Origin: Schizosaccharomyces osmophilus
Taxonomy: Eukaryota
Direction of reading: 5' to 3'
DNA length: 64,000 nucleotides
NCBI RefSeq assembly: GCF_027921745.1
Contig: NC_079240.1
Coordinates: forward strand, 1,612,001-1,676,000
Shown here: one piece after another, positions 34,361-45,134 of the stretch
Layout: every line of letters begins with the position of its first letter
Numbering within the stretch: the stretch's first letter is position 1
The notes under the pieces: generated by a model
The model's input: the letters and a program-made list of their open reading frames with translations, nothing else
What the model was told of the DNA's origin: nothing
The model's database searches: none
Translations under genes and position numbers: made by a program

Positions 34361-34704
34361 TTGCTTGCTTTTATCCTTGTTTTGATCAATCAATGCTTTT
34401 GTAGAACGATAATTTGGATTGACATAGAACTAAGACATAAATTGGCTCCTCATGTGCTTTCGATCTCTACTTTACGAAACGAGCTCCTTCCTTTCTACCC
34501 ATGCTGGATGTGTTTACAGGGTCAGCGTACACAAAACCAAAAAAATACAGATGCGACAAGGAAAAATTCATGGAAATAGAATTTAAAGCATTTATTAAAA
34601 AACAAAACACTTGGATCAAAAGTAACATTGCTTTACAAGTAACAAAATTGACAGGCACTGTCCCAAGACCAAAAATTACAAATCCTTTCCTTTGCGGAGC
34701 CTGA
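34361..34704 (+). mobile_element. Possible decayed retrotransposon integrase (rve) fragment
   Basis: KPKKYRCDKEKFMEIEFKAFIKKQNTWIK resembles the second catalytic-Asp segment of Tf/gypsy integrases; upstream ILVLINQCFCR and LDVFT resemble the VVDxFSK motif; spacing irregular; by-eye only. Confidence 0.25.
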
Positions 34705-34943
34705 TTAGTAAGAGATTTCAGTTCTATGTATATTAAAAAATAGATTTGTTGTTGCTTAAGTGATCTCTAATATTTAACCATTTCGTTTGTGCCATTACAG
34801 GTATCCTTTTTTTTTGTTTATATATTCAAAAAGTAAGAAGTACTTACCATCTAAAAAACAGATTATCATTTTGAACAAAGATACTTCCTTCTTTAGCTCT
34901 TTGTCCAGTGGATTATCATCAGTGTTTTCGTTGTTTTGTTTGT

Positions 34944-34980
34944 TGTGTGTGTGTGTGTGTTTTTTTTTTTTTCTTTTTTT
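34944..34980. repeat. (GT)n microsatellite followed by poly-T
   Basis: About 8 GT units then a T-run, upstream of omh3. Confidence 0.8.
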
Positions 34981-35113
34981 TATACTCTACCAGTGAAGAA
35001 TTCAAATTACCTTTTCCTATTGTACATTTGTTTCCAGCCTGATTATATATGTATTTTACGTTCAAAAACTGTCTCGTGGTCTATTAGAATGCTTTTCTGG
35101 TTTTAAACATACA

Positions 35114-36295
35114 ATGACTTCTCTCGCGTTTTCTTACAGGTATATACTCCTCTGTTTTTTTATCCTTTGTACTCCTATAATTTACAAGAGTTTCAGCAAA
35201 TCCCAAGTTCACCTTTCCGTTAATTATGAGCCTTTACATTTTACCAAGCACGATATTCCAAGTGGTGATAATGGTACGGACATCCAACAGCCGGCCCTCA
35301 TGAAAGCTACCTTGTTTATGCTTTGTCGCAATAGAGATCTTGCCGCCGCACTTAGTTCCATCCAGAATGTTGAAGATCGTTTTAATAACCGATACCATTA
35401 TCCATGGACATTTATGAATGATGCACCATTTTCGGAGGAATTCATCAATGCTACCTCCACGATGGCCAGCAGCGATACTACTTACGTCCAACTTCAACAA
35501 CATGAATGGGGTTTGCCCAAAAATCTCAACATGAATCGTGCATTAGAGACAATCCGTGACATGATGAGAAGACACATTATTTATGGCTTTTCGTTGAGTT
35601 ATCGAATTATGTGTCGGTTCAATTCTGGCTTCTTCTACCGAAACTCTGCTCTTAAAAATTACGACTATTATTGGCGTGTGGAACCCGGTGTTATTTATTC
35701 TTGTGATATTCCATAGTAAGCTGTTCAAGTATCGTGTAATTGCTAACTTTGCAGTGATCCATTCCGTAGGCTTCGCGACGAAAAGAAAGCTTATGGATTT
35801 GTGATTTCTTTACCTGAATACCCAGAAACTATTCCTACCCTTTGGAATACTACCAGAGACTTTATCAAAAAGAGTCCTCATTATCTTGCTCCAGATAGTT
35901 CTTTAGACTTTATTACAGATGATAACAAGGGCTTAGACGGTGAATATAACAATTGCCATTTTTGGAGCAATTTCGAAATTGCTGACTTGAACTTTTTTAG
36001 AAGCGATGCCTACAACGATTACTTTGAATACTTGGATCAAAGGTTTGGCTTCTTCTACGAGCGCTGGGGTGATGCTCCTATACATACCCTTGCTGCGTCT
36101 CTATTTCTCAACAAATCACAACTTCACTATTTTGAAGATTTCGGATACTACCATTTGCCTTGGAATCATTGCCCTTCAGATTATAAACTCCATGTTAAGG
36201 GCCGATGCATTTGCGATCCTGCCGATACTGTTGAGATTCAGTATGGATTTTGTTACCCCAGATGGCTTCACAATATGCGAAATGTTAATACATAG
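35114..36295 (+). CDS. omh3: Alpha-1,2-mannosyltransferase, KRE2/MNT1 (GT15) family (intron 35716-35754)
   Basis: Type II TM anchor; KATLFMLCRN, VEDRFN, SYRIMCRFNSGFF, YYWRVEP, CHFWSNFEI, GFFYERWGDAP; symbol from recalled synteny. Confidence 0.85.
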
Positions 36296-36533
36296 ACTTT
36301 AAACCAAAATCCTAGACATAGCTTTTACCCCTTATTATAGATAACTTTATATTTAGGTATTTATCTCATTAAATTACAAAAATAGACAGCCATTAGCAGA
36401 GTAAAATTAAATCTCCATCAATACTGGTTAAATAATTATCAACAACGTTAGTATTCTCCAAAAAATAAAAGGTTATGAACAAGGAATTAACCTCGGAAAA
36501 GCTGTTTAATATATACCTGAAACACGGATCAAA

Positions 36534-37835
36534 TCATTCATGAACGATGAGCAGAGAACGGACTTTAGAAGCAAGCTTAACCAATTCTTTTTCGTGTTGG
36601 TCGTTTGAATGCACACTTGCTAGCATACTTAATATTTGAAACAACCGAGCATAAACACCAGAAAGATGGTCTGAGCGTGCTAACGTCTCGCTCTGTTTCT
36701 GAATGATTCTTTGGATACAATCAGCGGCAGGCAAAATCATGCAATCACGAAATGAAGTGAGCATAAGTCTCTGAACATTTAGCTTTTCTCGATTTGTATG
36801 GCAATACTCATTAATCTCATATGGCAATAATGCTTTTTCCTGGCTGTCAAAAATTTTTGTTTTAATAGGCAAAAATATACCCTCTATATATGGTAGAATA
36901 GAAGACAAAAAAAATGGCCAAATTTCAAGTAACTTCGACAAAAAATATTCTTCTGGAATGAGAAACAGTGATTCCGATAACTTATTGGTAGCTTTTGGAA
37001 ACAAAGAATCTAAATGACTGGTGAAAAGATCCATCGTTCTTTCCCGAACGCAAGACTGAAGATGTAGGACCAAAATCCCGTTCAAGTCCTCAATGGTATA
37101 ATGCAAGCTTTCCCAATTATATAATGTGCAAACTTCCGTTTCTAAGATAGACCAAGTATCGTCTGCTGACATTAAATTCGTATTGAATTTAGAATCCAAA
37201 GGGGACCGCACCTTACTTAGTTTAGCAAATGCAAGGGATGCGGCACCAAAGCCATTTATCATCTGGTTATTAACTAAAGATTGAGGAATGGATGACCCGA
37301 ATATTCCAAACGAATCCTTTCGACTCCTTAAAAAACTGCGAGGCCCATATATTGATTTTTGCAAAGCCGAAATGTCTAATCCTTCTTTCCCCTTTCGACC
37401 TTTATGAGGGGAATGATTCAACAAAGATGTTTGGTTTTTGCTACTTTTTTCACCAGATTGTTCTGCAGTATTCGAAATTTGATTTACTAATGAGGGTTTT
37501 CTTTTTCCCGACCTTTTAGAATAGTGTTTAATCCAATGCTTGTCTTCCATAGCAAACATAGAGCTGCTTTGACTGGATCTTCGACTAAAAGGCCATTGTC
37601 CATTAAATGGAAGCTGCTGAACTTTTTGCTCGGGCGTTTCTGGCCTGTTCGTGATTGAGGTATTGGTATTAGTATCAACACTAGTGTTTTCTGCTTCCTT
37701 TTTCCTTGAATCTTCTATATCTTGATTGAGAAAAGGAAATGTATTTGTTGGGCTTTCTAAACTGCTTCTCCTAGCACCCGGAGTCCAATTAGAGGATGTA
37801 CTAGAGGTGGATGAAACCGAAGTTCTATCTGGCAT
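36534..37835 (-). CDS. bit61: TORC2 subunit Bit61 (HbrB/Protor family)
   Basis: Ser-rich N-terminus; C-terminal HbrB-like domain (DTWSIL...IEDLN...IWPFFLSSILPYIEGIFLP...SFRD...ARLFQILSML). Confidence 0.8.
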   Translation of the reverse strand: MPDRTSVSSTSSTSSNWTPGARRSSLESPTNTFPFLNQDIEDSRKKEAENTSVDTNTNTSITNRPETPEQKVQQLPFNGQWPFSRRSSQSSSMFAMEDKHWIKHYSKRSGKRKPSLVNQISNTAEQSGEKSSKNQTSLLNHSPHKGRKGKEGLDISALQKSIYGPRSFLRSRKDSFGIFGSSIPQSLVNNQMINGFGAASLAFAKLSKVRSPLDSKFNTNLMSADDTWSILETEVCTLYNWESLHYTIEDLNGILVLHLQSCVRERTMDLFTSHLDSLFPKATNKLSESLFLIPEEYFLSKLLEIWPFFLSSILPYIEGIFLPIKTKIFDSQEKALLPYEINEYCHTNREKLNVQRLMLTSFRDCMILPAADCIQRIIQKQSETLARSDHLSGVYARLFQILSMLASVHSNDQHEKELVKLASKVRSLLIVHE

Positions 37836-38501
37836 GCTCGGCTTTTTCCTTCTTTCTTTTGTTTTTTAAATAACTTAAGGACAAACGTTTTATAAAAAGA
37901 GTAATAAGGTATACAGTTGGAATTCAATTTGGTTTAGACAATCCTGTTGATGCGAAAGAAGCAGATCCTCCAAACTAGTTCGACATTGCGAATGTTTGCT
38001 AATCAATTGTAAGACGTTACTCTTTTAAGAATTTTCTTTCAGTAATGATTGCTATAGGCTCATGCGTTAGGGTATATATGTCAAATACGACAGGAAACTC
38101 CCAGGTTGGGTGTGGGGTGTATGTTAGTTTTCGCCAACTTGTATGCGCGACGACTACTGTACTTAATTACGCAGAAACAAAAGGATAAATTGTACATATT
38201 TTATTTTTACAACCAATTAATATCTCCAAAGAGAATAACCAACACAATCTAAGTCAAACCTGGTTAAATTTCTTCCATATGTTTGATACCAGAATTCAGA
38301 TTAAAAATCGCCCAAACGCAAATATAAGAGGTAAACAAAATCATTTCCTATATAAACCAAAAACAAAATTTAAAGTCCATTTGTAGGGCATAATACAGGT
38401 TTAGCTTGAGCTCCCAAAAACTTTGTATCCTTCTATTTTAAAAATATTAATAAAGTCCAGGTGATTGCGTTCGTACATCCACAATTAAAATCAAAACACA
38501 T

Positions 38502-40066
38502 CTACTTAGACAAGTGCTTCAAAGTATCGTCCATGATGTCCAAACCATCAGCAATGACGGAGTCTTTAACGTTCAAGGAAGGAAGAACACGGGTATTGTT
38601 GTTACCACCTGGTAGAAGCAAAAGGCCCTGTTTACGAGCAATGTTGATAAAGTCAGTAGGGGATTGATTGAATTGCAAACCTAAAAGAAGACCACGGCCA
38701 GCGTAACCACGAATTAAACTAGGGTACTTAGTAGTAAACTCGGCAAAACGAGAAGTAAGAGTGTTATGTTGCTTGCGCACGTTGTTCAAAATTTTTGATG
38801 AACTCAATTCATCGACACAGAAAGAACCGACTCGGCAAGCAACGGGATTACCGCCGAAAGTGCTTCCATGCTCACCGGCATGAAGAGTTTCGGCTACTTT
38901 AGAAGAAACAATTGTGGCACTGATAGGTAAGCCGTTAGCCAAAGGCTTAGCAACAGTGATGATATCAGGGCTAGCTTGATCCTTAACAATAGAATGGGCC
39001 CAAAAGTCACCACTACGACCAAGACCACATTGGATCTCATCGTAAATTAAAGATGCGTTGAATTTATCGCAGGCCTTGCGCAATGCCACCAAGAACTCGG
39101 CATTGGCGGGGCAAATACCACCTTCACCTTGAACAGGTTCAACGATAACAGCAGCGGTCTTGTCATTGATGACTTGCTTAATCGACTCAATATCGTTGTA
39201 GGTAGCTTGAACAACACCGGGAAGTAAAGGCTCAAAACCACGGCGGTACTTGGGGTTGGCTGTGATACTTAGGGAACCAAGAGAACGGCCGTGGAAAGAG
39301 TTGTTGAAGTAAACAATTTGAGACTTGCCTTCACCATTAGTCTCGTAGGCGGCTTTGCGAGCAAACTTCAAAGCAGTCTCATTTGCCTCGGTACCACTGT
39401 TTGAGAAGAAAATCTTACTGGGAGTGGAAATCTTGCTGTTTTGAGCTAAAGAATTGTTTAATTTTGAAGAAAGCTCAATAGCAGGCTCGTTGTAGTACAA
39501 GTTACTGCTGTGAACCAACTTGGTACATTGATCACCAGCAAGGCGAGCGACTTCAGGGTGACCGTGACCCAAAGAAGTAACGGCAACACCAGAGGTAAAG
39601 TCAATATATTTACGACCCTCCTTGTCAAATAGATAAGAGCCCTGGCCATGGCTCATAACAAGGGGATAACGAGCATAGACACCGATGATGTTGCCCAATT
39701 CTTGGTCAACAATATTGGCTGTGGTAGTACCAGGTGCAGGGTCTTCATGAGTAACCTACCAAATGTTAGCACAGCAAATCTCGAGACAATATGCCGATGT
39801 CCGCAGTTTGGCCATTCAGTAAAATCGCAATTTTTGTTCATTTCATTCCAAGCGAATAAAAAAAAATACTTAATTAAATACTAGTGTTTTAGTTGTTTTT
39901 GACATTTGAAAAACTGAATAATGCTTTCCATTATCCAATCAGTCTAAAAAAGCAACCAAATCGCCAAAACGCTTGAACAACGTCTTCAACTTACGCTCAA
40001 GAAACGACGAGAAAGTGTTTGAAAGCCAGGTTGGCGGAGGCCTTGAAGAGAACGTTTGCAAAGCAT
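38502..40066 (-). CDS. arg1: Mitochondrial acetylornithine aminotransferase (exons 40066-39995, 39755-38502)
   Basis: Class III PLP aminotransferase: FFSNSGTEANE, SFHGR, EPVQGEGG, DEIQCGLGRSG, AKPLANG, HGSTFGGNP; exon 1 is an Arg-rich presequence. Confidence 0.95.
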
Positions 40067-40325
40067 TTTCTAATGGATTTGAGGTGTTCTGTATAAAACT
40101 GGTGTCTTGGGAGTACCAATTTAAAATAGTACAGATAGGGAAATGGTAGTCCGTCTCGCTATAGTTTCAGGAAGCAGGAGATCATTTTGATAAACTCGGT
40201 AAATGTATTTGGATTTATTTATTTTTTTTTAAAAAAAATATATATATTTTAAAAAAAAAAAGAAAAGAAAAGAAAAACAAACGGAAGGAGAAAAATGGAA
40301 AAGGTAGACCTTTTTTTTTTTTTTT

Positions 40326-41276
40326 TTATGAAAGAAGGACATTGTCAAAACCATCACCATGCACAGTTCCACCTTGCATAGATGTTTTCACTCGTGCTCC
40401 AAAACCTCTAGGATCATTGCGTAAATCAGCCGCAGCTTCTGTTTTTTACTTTTGTTAGCGCTGACGGAAGGACAACACAAGCTTTTCCTCGTCTGAATAA
40501 CCTTTCTATTAACAGGAAATAATTCCCATTTCGTAGACTTGACATTGATGTCTTTTTAGACTACGAGGACCATCTGGACTTACCTTTATTGAGCGGATCT
40601 TCAGCATTAGGTGCAAGGAACAAAAATTGGAGTCCCACTAAAATAGAATTTAAATTGAGCACGGGATTCCATTCTTGTCTCAAGATGTTTAAACAAACAT
40701 TTCCTTGTGTATCGATGTTGGGATGGTAGATCTAAAGAATGTATTAGCAACACAGATTGGTATCCCATCGAAACTATTATAAGAAGAACATGGTAAAAAG
40801 AAAGAAAGAAAGCGTATCTTGTGAGCCATCCTCTTGAACTTACCTTCTTCAAGCATCGCACTTTTGGAGGATCATGCGGGTAATTGCTACCAATATGAAT
40901 GGAAAACGGGAATTTTCCACCATGATAATACCCTTAGCAAACAAGTTAATATATTTGTATACTCTCAACCTCAAAGACAGGGTACAACAGTTACTGTCTT
41001 TCTGTGGTTGACAATCTTACCCTCGTCTGGGCGAATTTCCAACAGTAACTCGTGAAGCTTGGTCACATCTGGCCAGCTTGTTGACATGGTAGAGGGCACA
41101 TCCAGTTCTGAAATGTCTATACAAGAATGGTAGTTAGATTTCTGACACGTTTGCGTTTTCTTTAAGATTGGTCCACAAACAATACCTTTTTGAATCCGAA
41201 TTTGAGCAGGACTAATTCCTGAAGAACTTTTCTCTCTCTCAGCCTCTTTTTTCTTCATCTCCCACAGTTTCCTCAT
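40326..41276 (-). CDS. ubc12: NEDD8-conjugating enzyme Ubc12 (5 exons)
   Basis: [10 protein letters not shown]...[33 protein letters not shown] with catalytic Cys; PNAEDPLNK; ends FDNVLLS, stop at 40326. Confidence 0.92.
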
Positions 41277-41281
41277 TGTTC

Positions 41282-41513
41282 ACGCGTTTCTTATTATATG
41301 TAGAATTTGGCTAGTGACAACATGTCTTGATGTAAACAATACAAGACGTTTTCCATACGCGTTTGCTGTCATTAAATACATTTTCCGAACAAAACCACAA
41401 TTCGCTATATAAAATAACTTTTTTTTGTATTACCTCACTAAAAATTATTTATAGCTTCACAAAAATACGGCAAACGTATTTTTTAAGCGTTTGTTTACGT
41501 CTGTGTAAACAAA
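41282..41513. promoter_or_regulatory. Two MCB elements and three forkhead sites upstream of ubc12
   Basis: ACGCGT at 41282 and 41357; GTAAACA at 41332; inverted pair TTTGTTTAC-N6-GTAAACAAA at 41490-41513. Confidence 0.4.
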
Positions 41514-42160
41514 AGGGAACAGTGCCAGGTAGAAATAGAAATGGTCTAGAAAATGATTTAAATAGCAACAGACATCAATCGATATTTAAACGAATAAAGA
41601 AGAAACAACCGCTGCCGTAGCAATTCTCAAGGCGAGTTGAATCTTTGATTTGGATGGCATGACCTACTCCTTTCCAATGGGCCCAATATCAAACCTCCTT
41701 TAAAAGTAAATCAGCCATAACAATAATGTGCTTTTCATTTCTGTTCAGACTTACGAAGAGGTATGCAAGACACTCAAAAAAAGGTAAACATCTTTACGAC
41801 ACACTATAACGAGATGAACAATCCAGTTACCTTTTAAGCTATCTAAATTTTTCTTTTAAGCTTTTAAAAGTAATATTTTTAGGCGTTTGAATTCAATGAC
41901 CCTGCTATTGCCATATTTAGCCTTCAAATTTTTTGCACGGAAGACCCTTGTTACGAGTATAGGCGATACTTGGACAATGCCAAACTAACCATTTAAGAAA
42001 AAATAGAAAACAGCGTTTTTTTGCTTCTTTTTTTAGAGTAAATTTGCATATTATTTTTTGAAATTACCCTGTTTTTTTCCTTTTCCTTTACTTTTCTCCT
42101 AATTTCTAAATTTGCCCATCACAAATTCCCGATTATACCCTTGCTGTAGAAACGATCAGA

Positions 42161-42550
42161 ATGACTTTTTTAAAGCCATCTTCTTTTTCATTAGCTAAAC
42201 TACTAACCGCAAAACCTCCCGGTGATTTGTCATTAGAGGCCTTTCAACATTTATCACAGCTAGTCGCTATCGATGTTCCTTCCTCCGAAGCAGAGAAAAA
42301 GGATATGCTAAACAAGTTAAATGAAGGAATTGGCAGAATGCGTGCTATGGAGCAAGCTGATACTTCTCACGTCGATCGTCCATTTCACACATTGAGTTTT
42401 CCTGTCGACGCAGAAGAATTAATTAGCCCTACAGAAGAACATCAAACGAAATGGGATGTCTTTCAAAATTCCAAAATGTCAGAGCCTCCATATTTCATTT
42501 CCAAGTTGGCTCATTCCAATCCTTCTGTCGATGAACCTTCCCGAAATTAA
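42161..42550 (+). CDS. gta3: Mitochondrial Glu-tRNA(Gln) amidotransferase subunit C/F-like
   Basis: 129 aa; HLSQLVAI...MEQADTSHV...FQNSKMSEPPYF pattern as in GatC; recalled synteny. Confidence 0.65.
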   Translation: MTFLKPSSFSLAKLLTAKPPGDLSLEAFQHLSQLVAIDVPSSEAEKKDMLNKLNEGIGRMRAMEQADTSHVDRPFHTLSFPVDAEELISPTEEHQTKWDVFQNSKMSEPPYFISKLAHSNPSVDEPSRN

Positions 42551-42744
42551 AATATTTTGTTTTAAAAAGGAGAACTCGCAGGTAAATTGTTTTGTAATTT
42601 TTTATTATTTTTATTTATCTATGAATAGATACATATGCTCTTCATAAGACTTCTTGTTGGTCATTGACAATCACATGCCACGATTGCCGTCGCAATGTGC
42701 AAATGTTTGAAACGAAAAATATACTGGACAAGTTTGTCCTTCCA

Positions 42745-43592
42745 TTATTTAGCCTTTCTAAGTTGATCCTTTTGTCTTCTTTTTTCGTTTAACCTGCGGA
42801 TAAACAGAAGTGACAGTACAAACATAGCAGAATTAATCAATAGGGGTGTATACGGGCTATTAAATTTACTGTAGAAAGAAAGGGCCTTACCGAGAAGCTT
42901 GTAAAGAGGCTGAAGAGGACCCACCAAAGAAAAGAATCCCTGAACTCTTTCAAACTCTAAGAATTGGTGCTTCGAGTAAGCTGCCAATGCTTCCTTCACT
43001 GGTAGCACTGATGGGGGAATAATATAATAATTATTTCCATTAATAAAATAGTAAACAGGAAGCGTTTCAACCAACAAACGGACAGTCAACTCGGGATTCT
43101 CATTCATATAGACTCGGCCAAACTGGATGTTGGGGTAAATTTCTTTCATTTGATGGGAAAGATCCTATAGGTTAGTATATCATCTTTCAATGCGCATATG
43201 CTCTCTCAATCTGCATTTCATTTTGATTTTCATCTTCGTTACAAAATCAAGATGCAAGCACATCAACAAAGCAACGACAAAAATGCTTGGTTTCAACTTA
43301 CATTGAACATATACTCTTCCTTATGACATAATTCACAAGGCTCTATAGTAAATTGGAGGATCCATTCACCAGACTTAACTGAAGAATCCCAGGTTCTGTC
43401 AGTTAGATTGTTTACCAAAGATGAATCCAAAGCGCAACTAGGTGTTAACTCGAGCTCTTTCCAAGAAATGCCTGAACTTTCTAATGCTTCAATAGAAACT
43501 GATTCATCGGAATTGCAAGTAATGGACTCGACTCCTTGCATTAAACTCCCAAAAAAAAGACAAACTCCACTTAGTTTTTTCAGAAAATACAT
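42745..43592 (-). CDS. ER membrane thioredoxin-like (TMX-type) protein, 2 exons
   Basis: Signal peptide, LTDRTWD...GEWILQF...PCELC (CxxC), C-terminal TM helix and basic tail ending RKAK. Confidence 0.75.
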
Positions 43593-44156
43593 TCTCCTTT
43601 TCGTGTAATGAACAAAGTTTTTCCAAAAAAGTATGTGAAAATCCTAAATATTTGAAAATTGTTCTGTTAGTGTTAGGTTAATCTTAAAGGCTACGAAGCG
43701 AGTGCTACTTTTCTACGATATTTTGAACAATCGACGACTCTATGTACTTGAGTATAAATTGTATAAATTCTGTTAGCCAAAATCTATTCTTTACACTTGG
43801 AAACTAATTTGTAGTATGATGCTCATAAATATGTAGATGACCATAAACAATAGTGGGTGGAATCAATAATAAGCGATCTTGAATACTAAAACTATTTAAA
43901 ATTAAGAGGAGGTTGAGAAAAAGCAAGCAATAGGCGTCAGGAACACGAGGGGACATCCTATTTCCAACGATGCTACAGAAGAATCGAATTCGAATCGACT
44001 TTGTGCTTCAAAATTATCCATCAACTAGAAAATAAAAAGTTGAGCAGCAACTTATCCTGCTCTTCATCATAACAGCACTTACTATATGCTGAAAATTATA
44101 AGATACGCAAGAGGCCTGTCACAATTATACCAAAAAGAGAATATGATATAAATCGA

Positions 44157-44650
44157 TTAAGGCAGCTGAGAACTTTCTGGTCCTTTTGCTGATGCGGTTT
44201 CTTCTACTGTTTTATTTTTCAAATTTACAGCAGAGACCGCAAGCGCTCGTCTTTTGAGAAACAACACGTTTCGATAGTACCCTCTAGAAACTGAAACCAC
44301 ATCTCCTATGTCATATGTTAGTTAATTCCTAGAAATGAGGGAAGCCATTTAAACGACAGTGGGAACTTTGAGGCGATATTACACAACGCCAAGGAGCGTT
44401 GAACGGTCTAATTCATGTGTCCTCTTTATCATTCTTCAGAGAATAAAAGACATACCCAATTTACCAAGCTTTGGCGTATCGTTGCTTAAGAGCTGCACCA
44501 AAAAAGGTTTTGATTTCTGACGAAAGTGCCGCTGGGAATTAGAAAAAATTTGAGAATAAGCCTAGTTTATACCTTCTGAACCCAAAGCTTATCGAAAGCC
44601 AAACGCGTCGGTAAAAAGAAGTGAGAAAAACCAAACAATATTTTGCTCAT
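44157..44650 (-). CDS. Mitochondrial ribosomal protein bL9 (N-terminal domain only), 3 exons
   Basis: Splicing GTATAA..CAG and GTATGT..TAG introns gives a presequence plus VQLLSNDTPKLGKLGDVVSVSRGYYRNVLF, the L9 signature; not assembled in the ORF track. Confidence 0.82.
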
Positions 44651-45134
44651 AATGAAAGTGTACCGAATTGTTTTCCAACTTAAACTAATATAGAAATACA
44701 AAAAGAATAAAAAAAAGGAATTATCTTTAGCAAGCAGCACGAGGATCTCTTCAATTCCTTTATAACTCAACGAGAAATTGAACACGAGCTTTTTAAGTAA
44801 AGAAGAAAATGTAATTCCAATGTATTGGTAAATTTTATTTGTGCTATGTATTTCTTTTTGTGTCACTACCGCTTTTTGGTGGAACTGGATCCAAAATCAA
44901 TTTCTTGTCGAAAGACAACTTGTGGTACTACATTGTAATTATATCAACGCCATAATCCCATTTTCATTTTTAGCTGTCTACTACTATTATTTCCAACAAA
45001 TCTAAATCCAAAAAGGATTTCGTTTCTTTAATTGAAAAGAAGTTTCTAGCTGACGCTAAATCCGGAATAAATTGAACTCATTTCGCAATTGCAAAGATAG
45101 TTTTCTAGGCTAATAGAAACAGGTATCGAGACCA

